A stretch of 64,000 nucleotides of DNA from the NCBI GenBank assembly GCA_008632985.1, contig QPGO01000192.1, positions 1 through 64,000 of the forward strand, given 5' to 3'. Under the pieces are notes generated by a model. That model did not search any database. It saw only the letters and a list, made by a program, of their open reading frames with translations, and was not told where the DNA came from. The position numbers and the translations under genes are program-made. This stretch comes from Psammoneis japonica (taxonomy: Eukaryota). This document shows, piece after piece, positions 37,938-49,417 of the stretch (positions within the stretch are counted from its first letter, which is position 1; every line of letters starts with the position of its first letter).

Positions 37938-39084
37938 CATGCGCACAACATCCCATGGAAACCATTCCATGATCAACTTTCACACAGATTTTAAAAAGAC
38001 AAAAAATTTGGTGTTCGCAAGAACTTGACTGGTTCGACTGCAGGGTGCGCCTTGCACTGAAACACGAGAGAAGCCGACAAACGATGACGGAAATGAGCCG
38101 ATGCGGCCCCGTTCTTGAAAACCACCAGTCAGCAGCCAAATTAATTTTGCAGACTTGTTGACAATGCTGCAATTGTGCACATGTCAAAATCAATTTAGCT
38201 GCAGGAAGAAATTGAAGAAGATGTTGTCGCGAACAGCTGCAGGTGCAAATTTCTCCAGAATTTGTCAGAGGCAAATCAACCTTGCTCAGTTCTGCTCATT
38301 CCTTTGAAAGGGGGCACCAGGTGAAACCCTCAAATGAACGTCATTGCACCCACCCGTTGATGTTGAAAGGACGGTTTTGATCATTCTGCAGCAACACGTG
38401 TCAGCAGCAAATGCGGTTGGACACGAAGAATTGGCCCAGCGACGAGAGCAAATTCAAGATGCGCGTTGCTGTCAATGTCAGAGAACACAAGAGAACAAAC
38501 AAGTGATGCAAAGGTTGGTGAGATCATTGAAAACTGGGACAAGGAGAAAGCGCCGAATTCACTTCAACTGAGAAGAGGCAAACTCACCGCCGCGACATCT
38601 TGGACATTGTTCTTGTTTGTTCTTGTTGCCCTCTCGGTCTCAAAGTCAGCATGAAACGTTTGGAGCAATGGATGGTTGTGTGTGGCATCCCCGACTTTGT
38701 CATGATGCCCAACACTGCAAAAGACCATGCCATTCTGAAGAAACACGAGAGCGAGCGGCACGAGAGTTGGGTTGACGACGAGCTTCCCCGGGTCTTCCTC
38801 ACTTTGGTCAGCTTAAACTCACCTCCAATGTTCAGTGAAAAGGGTCACAGCATTCCCAGTTGGCTTTACATTGACACCAACAAATGTTTCCTGAAACAGT
38901 CGTCATCAGTTCCGGACAACGTCTTTGACACTGTTTTGACATTGAGACGGCGAGTGGCGTGGGTGCGATGTTGATGTGTGGTGCATTTTTCTGAAATTGT
39001 TTGTGGTTTATCTTCTGTGTTCATGTTGCAGACAAATGAATGTTGTGCGAACACCACCATCGCTCGTGCGATGTTGTGCCCACA
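37938..39084. mobile_element. Non-autonomous DNA element with about 15-bp TIRs and 5-bp TSD
   Basis: CATGCGCACAACATC...GATGTTGTGCCCACA; TSD GAGTC; empty site present in the other Dada-like copies. Confidence 0.8.
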
Positions 39085-39657
39085 GAGTCGTCTCAGTGCA
39101 AACCCCAGCCTGGCTCACTGCTGTCAAATCACTTGGAAGGAGTCAAGAATGCAATCATGAGCTCCAGCAATGCAAGTGCATGAAAGAACAGCAAGCAGTG
39201 GTGTCCGCCTGATTTTTCAGCTGTGTCACTTCCGACTCTTGATGATCCTTTTGATTGGGCAAAGGAGGCTGCATGGGTTTTTCATTTTGATCCATTTGGC
39301 CACAATGGGGGGTCCACGAGATTGGCTCTGAATGAGCACAAATGCATCCACTGCGGCAAGTGTGGCACTCTTGAGTCCAATGGGTGGCATCATCGGCCAA
39401 TGCATCTGCATTTGATTGCTGCTTGGGTTCTTCATCGGAGAATTCATTGTAGAGGGGAGGACAGGAACAAGCAGGGGTGCGGCAGAACATTTGCGGAGTT
39501 CCATCCGAAGTTCATGTCGCAGTTGCCAAACGTTGTTTCGGAGCGATTTCCATTTCTTGTCACTGCCAGTGGAATCAGAACACATGAGTCAATGATGTGC
39601 CAGTTTCTTCACTTGTGTGTGAAGGGCACACTGTTTGGCACACATTGCTCTGGCATC

Positions 39658-42600
39658 AGAGAGCAGACGCGGTCTCGAGAAATGATTTTGCACATTGTGT
39701 TGGACCATTGATGTCACATAAATCTGAAAACGACACACATGAAAAAAGTGAATTTTCAACTTTATGCAACCTTCATGGCCACACATGTTGTGTGATGATC
39801 AATCCTCAAGACGCGTCCCGTCTCACAACATTTTGACACCCCCCATGAGACGGACCTGTGATGGTCAGATGAGAAAGATGCATGTTCCGCTCACCAAAGG
39901 GACCCTTGAGGCACAATGACAGCTCCTCACTTTCCCGCCATTCCCATTTGCCCCTTTCCCCTTTCATCCCACAATTCCCGGGTGCACCCGTGGATCCCGT
40001 GTTGACAAACAGAAGAGTGATGAGGAACAGCAAATTCAGGCGCTGGAGAGGCTCACTTCAGTGGCAGACATCGCCAGAACTGGGTTGGCATGAGGACAGG
40101 AGGAAGGCAACGACAATGACAAGGCGCATTTCAGCAACGACGATGAAGACTGCGATGAAGACACTGAAGATGACATCAGTGAAGCAACAAAAAAGAAGCG
40201 TGAGTCGTCTCAGTGCAAACCCCAGCCTGGCTCACTGCTGTCAAATCACTTGGAAGGAGTCAAGAATGCAATCATGAGCTCCAGCAATGCAAGTGCACGA
40301 AAGAACAGCAAGCAGTGGTGTCTGCCTGATTTTTCAGCTGTGTCACTTCCGACTCTTGATCCTTTTGATTGGGCAAAGGAGGGCTGCATGGGTTTTTCAT
40401 TTTGATCCATTTGGCCACAATGGGAAATCCATGAGATTGGCTCTGAATGAGCACAAATGCATCCACTGCAGCAAGTGTGGCACTCTTGAGTCCAATGGGT
40501 GGCATTGTCGGCCAATGCACCTGCATTTGATTGCTGCTTGGGTTCTTCATCGGAGAATTCATTGTAGAGGGGAGGACAGGAACAAGCAGGGGTGCGGCAG
40601 AACGTTTGCGGAGTTCCATCCGAAGTTCATGTCGCAGTTGCCAAACGTTGTTTTGGAGCGATTTCCATTTCTTGTCACTGCCAGTGGAATCAGAACACAT
40701 GAGTCAATGATGTGCCACTTCTTCACTTGTGTGTGAAGGGCACACTGTTTGGCACACATTGCTCTAGCATCAATGAACCAAAACACACGCAGCATTGGAA
40801 GGACAACCTTTCGCATCTTGACATGCTTTCCGACAAGGTGGACGGTCGTGCAGGCTTTTTCGTCCGCTGCTGCAGCAACTGACACATTTGTCCCACAGCC
40901 ATTCTTTCCCTTTCACTCTGTGGGTGAATGTTGTGGTGTGCTGCTGAAACCACGACTCCTGAAGACGCTTTGTCCACAGGTGCACTTCTCGTCTCTGGCA
41001 TCAATTGCAGCCGCTGCACTGTCATTCTTGTCAACTCTTTCATTTGAACTCTTTCATTTGTGTGTTGCCAGGCAATGGCCACTCTAGAACCATGTTTTCA
41101 AGCTGGCCATCAATTGCATCCAGACGAGTCGGAGAGCAGTGATCGTTCATTCAAGTTCGCGAAAATGATGTCGGCATCGAAACGATCCGGAAAAGCATTC
41201 CTTGCAACGTGTGACTCGGCATTGCTCAGAGGCATGGTCACCTTCAATCATTTGACCCACACCAAATCTGACAGTGAATTGAGGCCGTTTTTTCATCAGC
41301 ACAAAAGTGTGAGAATCAACAGCGGCGCTGCTGAACTGAAAAGGGTGGAAGGTGATGGTGGTGGTGACCGTGGGTTGTGGCCAGAGGTTTTCAAAGAGCT
41401 CCTGCAGAAAGTGAAGCTGTGGAAAAGGAATTCTTGCAATGGACTCCCTCGAGCTTGTCTTGCAAAAGACAAATGTGTTGTGTTCTCGACTTGCACCGAG
41501 GCTCAGAACTGGGCCCTCAGTCTTGCAGCCAAAGTCGCTTCTCTGGATGGCGAGATTGTGTGTGGCATTCACTCGGAGTGCAATCTTGATGAAACGTGAT
41601 CGACAACGCGGGTGCTTCAGATGTGCTTTCCACCCCAGCTCTGCAACAAAGTCGCAATTCTTGACTTGACAGAAATGGGTCTTTTTGATGCATCTGATGT
41701 GCCGCCAGCTTTGAAGCGCCTTTTGGAAAACAAAAAGCTTGTTCCCACTGCTGTGAATGTCTCATTTGATGTTGGTGGATGCCACGCTCTTGGAATCAAT
41801 GTGTGCGAGCAATTAAAATGATGGAGTTAGCAAAACAACTGGAGCCCAATCATCCAGAGGGATGCAGCATGCAGAAGCTCTGTGCTCGACTTCTTGAGGT
41901 GTGCGTTGACAAGTTCGGCCAGAATGCAGACTGGAGAATCATGAAAATCTGCAAGGACTTAAAGGAGCATGCGGCGTTGGATCCCCATCTACATTTGCGG
42001 CTTTGCAGTGTTTTGAAGGCCCAAATTGCAAATGCAAGGCGTGCGGGAAAGATCTCCAGTGTCTGAGTTGTCGGATGGCAAGAATGTGCACCTGATGCAC
42101 CGCAATCAAGTTTGTGCCACGGGTGAGCTTGTCTTTGTCGGTGGCACAGGGGGCGAGATTCGCAAGCGGGGCCAAATGACCATCGGGAGAAACAGCAGTG
42201 TCGTGAAAGTCAAACGTGTGCTCATGTGAAGTGTCCGTCCGGCATTTAGCTGCAATGTTGCTGCAGAGGAGTGCGCAGCCGGTGTCACAGGTTGGAACCA
42301 TTCAAAAGTTCTTTTGCACAAGGAATTTGAGAAACGCCAAACCTTTGACGGCATGGCAGTTGCATGGCCGACCGATTGCATCCGTGCACAGTTGGAGCCA
42401 GCTGCAATTGGGAGCGACAATGTGGGTGACATGGTGGATGATGGCTTTGGACGTGATGCTGCGACGGAAGATTCAATGGAAGAATCGGCAGAGGGTGTCG
42501 ACTCGGGAGCACCGACTGCAGATGTGACGGAAGAATCAATGGAAGAATCGGCCGAGGGTGTCAACTCGGGAGCACCGACTGCAGCAGCCAACATGGCAGA

Positions 42601-44772
42601 GAGTGGTGACTCGGGAGCACCAACTGTGGCAGCCAATTCACCGGAGAGCAGTGACTCGGAAGCTGTTGTGGTGGATGATGCAAATTCTGGTGAGTGGCTC
42701 TGCAATGCTGGGGACTTTGACGATGAGAACAACACGATCGACCACTCCGAGAACTCGTCAATCAATGGATTGGTTTCACGCATTTGACGACATTCCATCC
42801 CCGTCCAATCCCAAAACAAAAAACGTGACAAAGTTGGTTCGTCGGTTGGTGATTCAAGCTGCCATTGAGTTTGATGCAGACGGTTGGGACGACATGACAA
42901 GATTCCTTGCCGACCATTGTGGCATGCCTCTGTGGAGGATGTCCTCGACCACTTCTGCTTCAACCAAGAATTTTGGTGTCAGCGAGTCCAGATGTGCCCC
43001 CCCCAGCAAACAAAGGAGCTGACAACATTTGTGCTGTCCGCAATGTGGTCCAGTCTAATCCTGTGCTGAAAGAGTGCTGGAGCACCAAGCTCCAACAATG
43101 CTTTGACAGTTTGGAAGAAATGTGCAAGCAAGGTCAACTCGAGGAATCTCGAGATGCAGTGATGCATCAGTGGGATGGCAAGGACAAGAATGGATTGAAT
43201 CTTTGGCTCCGTTGACGGGGATCAAATCGGTTGGAGAATTTGCATCAGAAAATGCGGGTGGCATTTGGACCCCATGGTGTTGGTGCAGAGGTGGGGCACT
43301 TCTTGCTTCTCCTTGTCACATGTTGACACAACATAAATGCTGGGATGCAACGCAGTGGTTGCCATGACTTTGGCATGCCACATCACGATGTCATTGATCA
43401 AACGCAACTTCAAATGATCAAGTTGTTTGGCTGCGATCCATTTCCCCACACACCAATCAGTCCTTGTTTAAACCAGCAGATGATTTTGTTGCGGTTGGTG
43501 TGGGGCCATTAACTTGTGATGAAAAGTTTGTTGAGCACCAAGACACACTAGATCCCAAGCTCACAGGTGACTTGAAGTTTCTTGCTGGTGAGTCCTGCAT
43601 GCCGTGTGTTGGCACTCGATGCAATGTTGACATGCAAAATCTCACGCAAGTGACTCTTCTTGCTTTTTTGCAAGAACGCATGAAACTGAGAGGCCCCCGT
43701 TGCACATTAGCCATCCAAACAAAAAGCGGATTTACAATGATTTTCTTGAGGATCATCCAAAACCCACCTGGAAAACTTGGGTTGAATTGGCAAGATTGTT
43801 CAAACTAAAAGCAGGCTGTGTCACGATTTTTCCCAAGCTCCCTTCCATGCTCAGAAGCTGCTGCAACAAGTGGAAAGTGACACAGGAGTTGGTGATGCTC
43901 AAGGACACCACAGGAGTGGACTGCTGCGGCCTGTTGGAAAAATTTGCAAGGCCAGGTCGGGAAGAACAGAGCAAGAATCCGGCTGCGGCTTTTCAAAACC
44001 GTTCCAGCAAGCCTCCCTTGGAGCTGGCGGAAGTGGAGTTGGAGCAGACTGCCACAGAGGCTGCATTTGACAATGCTGGTGACATTTCAACCAACCCATT
44101 GCCAGCAGCACCATTGGTTGCTCCCACTCAAGCTGCCTGCATTGTCAGCGCCGACAGGGGCAGACGTGGGGCAGACAGACGACGGTGCAGCGCCGCTCCT
44201 TTTGGGTGCCCCAACCTTGCCAAGGACTGTTCATGGTGGGGATGGCAACATTGCTCATTGGTCAAATGCAAGAGTGCTCTGGCGAATGTGCCTGACTCAG
44301 AAGGTGAATGGAAAAGGTTGAAACGTGAGCACGACAAAAAACAGTCTTCCAAGAGAATGGCAGAACTCAGAAAGAAGAAAAAGGGAGCAGAAAACAACAA
44401 GCAAGCATCAATGACAACACTTCTGTTGCACCACAGTGTCGTGATGTTTTATGCAAGTGATGTGTCGATGCCCTCTTTTGCCATTGCTCTCATTGCACCG
44501 CAGCCAAAGGAAGATCTTTGGACCGCCGATTTAGAAAGCACGTGAATTGACCAATTTGATTCAAATCTCACATTGAAATGACTGCACCCAAGTGTGATGC
44601 AACCTGGACCGCATGTGAAGCACAAACTGATGACTCTTGAATGTCATCGAGGCCTTGTGTGCGGCACAAATTTTGTGCCACACACAAGGGCACCACATTT
44701 AAGGAATGACCTTCCACATCAGTGTGGTCCTTGTGTGCGTTTGCCCACACTACATGACGACCTGCCCACACA
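39658..44772 (+). mobile_element. Dada-like transposon, copy 4 (5'-truncated, begins inside MITE B)
   Basis: Colinear with copy 2 from about 28917 onward but without the three family A MITEs; ends CCTGCCCACACA. Confidence 0.8.
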
Positions 44773-47700
44773 AACCGCATCACAAAAATCGTTCGTTGGT
44801 TGCATCCTGTGCACTCGGAGTCCCGCTGCTCGAGTGTGGGTGGGCCCAAGCAATTCTAAAAACCGTTGAAGGCTGTCACTGTGTAATTTGGCAGTGTTTT
44901 GGTGCTCTGTGCATGAGGCATTTATGTGGAAATTACGTGCACACAAACATTGGGGGAAACGAGCGTGGAGAAGAGACGACGCGAGCAAAGCACAAGCGAA
45001 GAGACCGACAATGATGCAAGTGCCGGAGAGAGATGCAAGGAGAGCAATCCAACGACATTGCAAGGGCACAAAAGAGAGGAAAGATCCATTTGAGTGAGCA
45101 CCATGTCTTCAACAAAAAGAACAAAGCAAGAAGACATTGGCGCGCATGAAAACTTGCACAAAGAAGCACGGCACCAGTGCCTGCAAAATGACCACATCTG
45201 CGGTGACATGGAACAACACAAGGAGGTGAGAACATGCTTTTCTGCAAATGCAATGCAAGAACGAGCAAACGACCAATGGAAACTCACCAGTGGGGTCAAA
45301 ACTTGGGGTGCCTGGATTGTCAACGACGGGAGGAACGACGGATGAAAGAGAGTCTGGTGGTTCCGCGGAGCAGGACGACAAAAGCAGGTGGCAGATCGGC
45401 ATGAGCAATGGCAGAAAGTCGGTGCTTGGGCTCGAGTAGAACTTGTCCAGTCCATGCAAGTCGTGGCAGCAGCTTGGAGAACAGAGGCAGCGCCACAGCA
45501 GGACGGCATGGACCGGGGCAGAAGCAGCGAGCCATGGTGGAATGGCGACGGAGCCAAAAATGGTGATGGCGACGGCGCAGACCCATGGACCTGGATGTCC
45601 CCATCTTCGAGTCACACACATCAAGATGCGGAACAACGATGTTCAAGGTGAGCGCCATTGCGAACGAGAACGGGGAAAAAGACGTGTGATTCCACGAGAA
45701 TCAGAACTCACCACATTTTGAGTCATTCTGACCCATTCTAGAGCCAGGACTCACTCACATGGCACGACCCAATGGTGTGTGACACTGGCAAGCAAGGCAG
45801 GGGTCGGTGGGTGGTGTCGCACCGGTCAAATTGGCCAAAAGCGCCATTGTCGGAGGGAGCGGTGGTTGTCGATTGGCCGCTCGGAAAAATCATGAGCCAT
45901 CAACTCGACCGCGCACCGTTCGGAGTCGCACAAAATTTCTCGGCACAAAATGCACACAAATGCACATCAGCGTGAGAATCATGTAGAAGGGTTGCAAGTG
46001 GAACCTTTGCTGTCTCTGTGCAGACTGCAAGGATTCTGCCGTTAAACTGCACCAACATGTGCAATTCCACGTGATCGATTTGAGTCAATCCCACAAACGT
46101 TTTTAAATTTCGATCGCACCAACGGTTTTGGGTGGTGAGATGAATGCATGTGCAAGTTTGAATTGAATGTCACATGTGTCGTCAACAATTTTTGAATGAT
46201 TGCGCGACTGCCAGTCAGCACCAAAAACCGTCGCCAAAAGTGCACAAACCTGCAGCATGTGCAAAAGCACTCTTTGCAACACTTTGGTGCTTCAGTCTTG
46301 CACATGAAAGTGCTCCCCAAGCATTTGACGGTCGAACTGCACATGTGAAATCCTCGCAGCGGGAGACCCCACACACGCTCCCATGTGCACTCAACACGCC
46401 TCGGTTGCGACCTTCTCGTTGGGTTGCACAATGGCGAGAACAACCCCAGCAAGGAGGGTGGACGATGGACGACGAGGAGGGTCATTCTCGCCATTGTGCA
46501 ACCCGCCTCGTTGGTCTCCACCTCATTGCTTGGACCCTTCTCGTCGGGTTCGGCGGTCCTCGTTGGGCTCCACATGACAGGATTTGAACAGGATTTGGGT
46601 GCGCGCGAAACATCGCGCGCTGTTTAGTTTACCGCACACAGTTTTGTGTGCTTTAGATCCACGCGTTCGCGCACGATGTAGTTTGCTTTCGAGCCACAAG
46701 GCTCACAAGAATGACAACAGCAGCCCGATTGTGCTGACTTGCACGTCTTTCGGCTCCTGCAACGGTCTCTGAGCGGAGACTCATCTGCCATTTAGACAGC
46801 AGCAAGGAGTTGTTGTTTGAATTCTTGCCATTTGCCTTCAATTCTGTCAGATTGACAGTCTTGCTCATTGTCAATCCATTGAGCAACCGCCATCATCGTC
46901 GTTGATTTGCCGACGATGCTGTTTCAATTCTGCGTGGACCTCCGTGTGTGTTCTACACACATCGGCAAGTCTACGCGCGTTCAATGCCAGGCATCGGCAG
47001 GAATTTAACGTCACCGTCAAGTCTCCTTGCCGCTGGACATCTGGATTGATTGCACTGCCTTTTGTCGCTGAAGACATGCATTCAACGGTCATGTCCAAGT
47101 CTGTCCTTGATCCTCATCCCTTGACACACCCATTCATCGGTTAACGGTCAAGAACCCTGCATGTTCAAGGACCTTCGTCGCTGAAGTCATGTGCACACAC
47201 ATGTCTTCACAGCAAAGAACTTGTGCCCACTCTTCGGATTGCGGTTTTGCCACCACTCTACAAGCACACCGAGTCCATTGCACCTGATCTACCCCGGACT
47301 GCTGGTGCTCTGCAGTTCTGCCAGTTCCACGAGGACGACTGTGAGAGCAAGCAGCCGTGATTGCAGCCCATGTTGGGGCGAGGGTGTTTTTCCCGCGTTT
47401 GTTCGTTCGTCCACAGCGCCTGACGCCTGCGTCAACTGGCCAGCCTGATCGGGAAATCCAACCGATGTAAAATGAGAACGGTTCGGGGGTCTTGTCCACC
47501 TCTGGTCAGCTTGCCTGCAGGGGTTTACAACCCGCTGCTCCGCTCGTAAGCAACCCAAAGCGCCACCAGCTGCGGGTTCGGACGTGCCGGCACAACTCTG
47601 CGGACCGGAAGGGAAGTTTGGCACTTGACAACGAACGGGACAGCACAACCCGGCGACTTCTGATTTTAAGACAGTCCAAGATTTCAAGTCAAGTCTAGCT

Positions 47701-47803
47701 CAAGTCAAGTCTTTTTCAAGCCAAGTTCCAAGTCAAAACTCCGAGTCAAGATCGCGCTCTAGATTGGATCCTGTCTTTTGTTTCTACTGCACCGTCCTCT
47801 GTC

Positions 47804-49417
47804 ATGGTTCTCACGCGACAGCAACAAACCAAAAGCTTCAAATACATTCTAGGCACTGTGCTCAATCAAGACAATGACAGCCCTCTTCGTTCTGCCCTGT
47901 CCATCAACGGGATTGAATCGTGCAAGGAATTGTTCACGTTCTCACCCACCCAAATTGACGCCCTCACTCACAGAGACGGTGCCAATCTAGTGCCTTTGCC
48001 ACGGACCCACAGAAACCTCCTAGCAGCTTTGATCAGCTTCTACTTTGTCAAAGTTTGCAACGGTGATGATGTGACCAATGAACCCCAGTTGCTCACACCC
48101 GAGGAATTTCGCAACTGCCGCCTTGGTCCGGACTGCTTGACCTCTCTAGCCACTGGCGCAGCACCCTCCGCACCGGTGCCGAGTCCCTTGCCATCCAAAC
48201 CAGGTGAACCCAGTGCCATTTTGACACCAGCCTTGCACTGTGCCACCACTCAGGTGTCCCCTAGAAGTGGTGTCAGTCGTGCCCCGCATGTCTTGACCAA
48301 CCCGCCTGCAAGCAACCTCGGCCCAGTGCAGGATTGCAGCCCTTGCACAGACCCGCACTTCGAGACCAGTTGGGACACTCCACCCATGGCTTCCAAAGCT
48401 ACAGCCTTTGCACCCCGCAAACCACTTGCTGCCAACCTCCACGTGTCGACCGCTGTCACCCTTCACAGCCTTCGTTTGGGAGGTGATGGAGATGACAACT
48501 TGCTTCTCGCATCTCCTGATGGGGAGCCTCCTTTTCCCGTCATTGAATCTGTTCACAACAGTTCAACCGGTTCATCAGATGGGGAGTTCAGGACATCCAA
48601 GCAGCTTGTTGTCTTCGGATCCTCCAAGCATCGCACCATGAGACCAGGCCTCCTGATTGGATGCCTCAAGTCTCGCACCTCGAGACTGGGCCTCCTGATT
48701 GGATGCCTCAAGTCTCGTGCCTTGAGACCAGGCCTCCTGACTGGATGCTCCAAGTCTCGTACCTCGAGACCAGGCCTCCTGATTGGATGCCTCAAGTCTC
48801 GTGCCTCGAGACCAGGCCTCCTGATTGGATGCCTCAAGTCTCGTGCCTCGAGACTGGGCCTCCTGGTTGGATCCCCCAAGTCTCGTACCTTGAGACCAGG
48901 CCTCCTGATTGGATGCCCCAAGTCTCGTACCTCGAGACCAGGTCTCCTGATTGGATGTCCCAAGTCTCGCACCTCGAGACTGGGCCTCCTGATTGGATGC
49001 CTCAAGTCTCGTGCCTCGAGACTGGGCCTCCTGATTGGATGCCCCAAGTGTCGTACATCGAGACTGGGCCTCCTGATCGGATGCCCCAAGTCTCGTGCCT
49101 TGAGACCAGGCCTCCCAACTGGACTCTCCACGTCTCGTGCCTCAAGACTGGGCCTCCCAATTGGATCCTCCACGTCTCACACCTCAAGACTCGGCCTCCG
49201 GATTGGATCCCTCAAGTCTTGTGCCACGAGACTCGGCCTCCTGATTGGATTCCCCAAGTCTCGCACCTCAAGACTTGGCCTCCTGATTGGATCCCCGAAG
49301 ACTCGTGTCACAAGACTGGCAAGTCCTTTTGGATCCCAGAAGTCTTGCAGCACGGGACTGGTTGCCCCAAGCAGACATCTGCAGCCTTGCACCACAAGAT
49401 GTCTTGCTCCAATCTGA
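47804..49417 (+). CDS. Gag-like N-terminus fused to a 13-aa repeat tract
   Basis: FKYILGTVL..DSPLRSAL..GI..IDAL resembles the diatom CoDi gag N-terminus as I recall it; the ORF reads through the minisatellite. Confidence 0.6.
   Translation: MVLTRQQQTKSFKYILGTVLNQDNDSPLRSALSINGIESCKELFTFSPTQIDALTHRDGANLVPLPRTHRNLLAALISFYFVKVCNGDDVTNEPQLLTPEEFRNCRLGPDCLTSLATGAAPSAPVPSPLPSKPGEPSAILTPALHCATTQVSPRSGVSRAPHVLTNPPASNLGPVQDCSPCTDPHFETSWDTPPMASKATAFAPRKPLAANLHVSTAVTLHSLRLGGDGDDNLLLASPDGEPPFPVIESVHNSSTGSSDGEFRTSKQLVVFGSSKHRTMRPGLLIGCLKSRTSRLGLLIGCLKSRALRPGLLTGCSKSRTSRPGLLIGCLKSRASRPGLLIGCLKSRASRLGLLVGSPKSRTLRPGLLIGCPKSRTSRPGLLIGCPKSRTSRLGLLIGCLKSRASRLGLLIGCPKCRTSRLGLLIGCPKSRALRPGLPTGLSTSRASRLGLPIGSSTSHTSRLGLRIGSLKSCATRLGLLIGFPKSRTSRLGLLIGSPKTRVTRLASPFGSQKSCSTGLVAPSRHLQPCTTRCLAPI
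48630..49340. repeat. 39-bp minisatellite, roughly 18 units
   Basis: Unit CCTCGAGACTGGGCCTCCTGATTGGATGCCTCAAGTCTCGT-like. Confidence 0.95.

Larger units (their letters stand above)
35207..39657 (+). mobile_element. Dada-like transposon, copy 3 (5' part only, multiply nested)
   Basis: Junction CCCACACA|GGCATTTT at 35206/35207; truncated near 39657, where it joins MITE B sequence. Confidence 0.75.

Noticed and set aside
23179..44772. CpG methylation decay or fungal-type RIP as the sole explanation of the TG/CA excess
   Set aside because: CpG decay is present but cannot remove TA, and RIP would create TA. Conserved Tyr positions show TA is ancestral.
48630..49340. 39-bp repeats as a possible CRISPR array
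   Set aside because: Units are contiguous with no unique spacers, lie inside an LTR element, and the context is eukaryotic with no cas genes.
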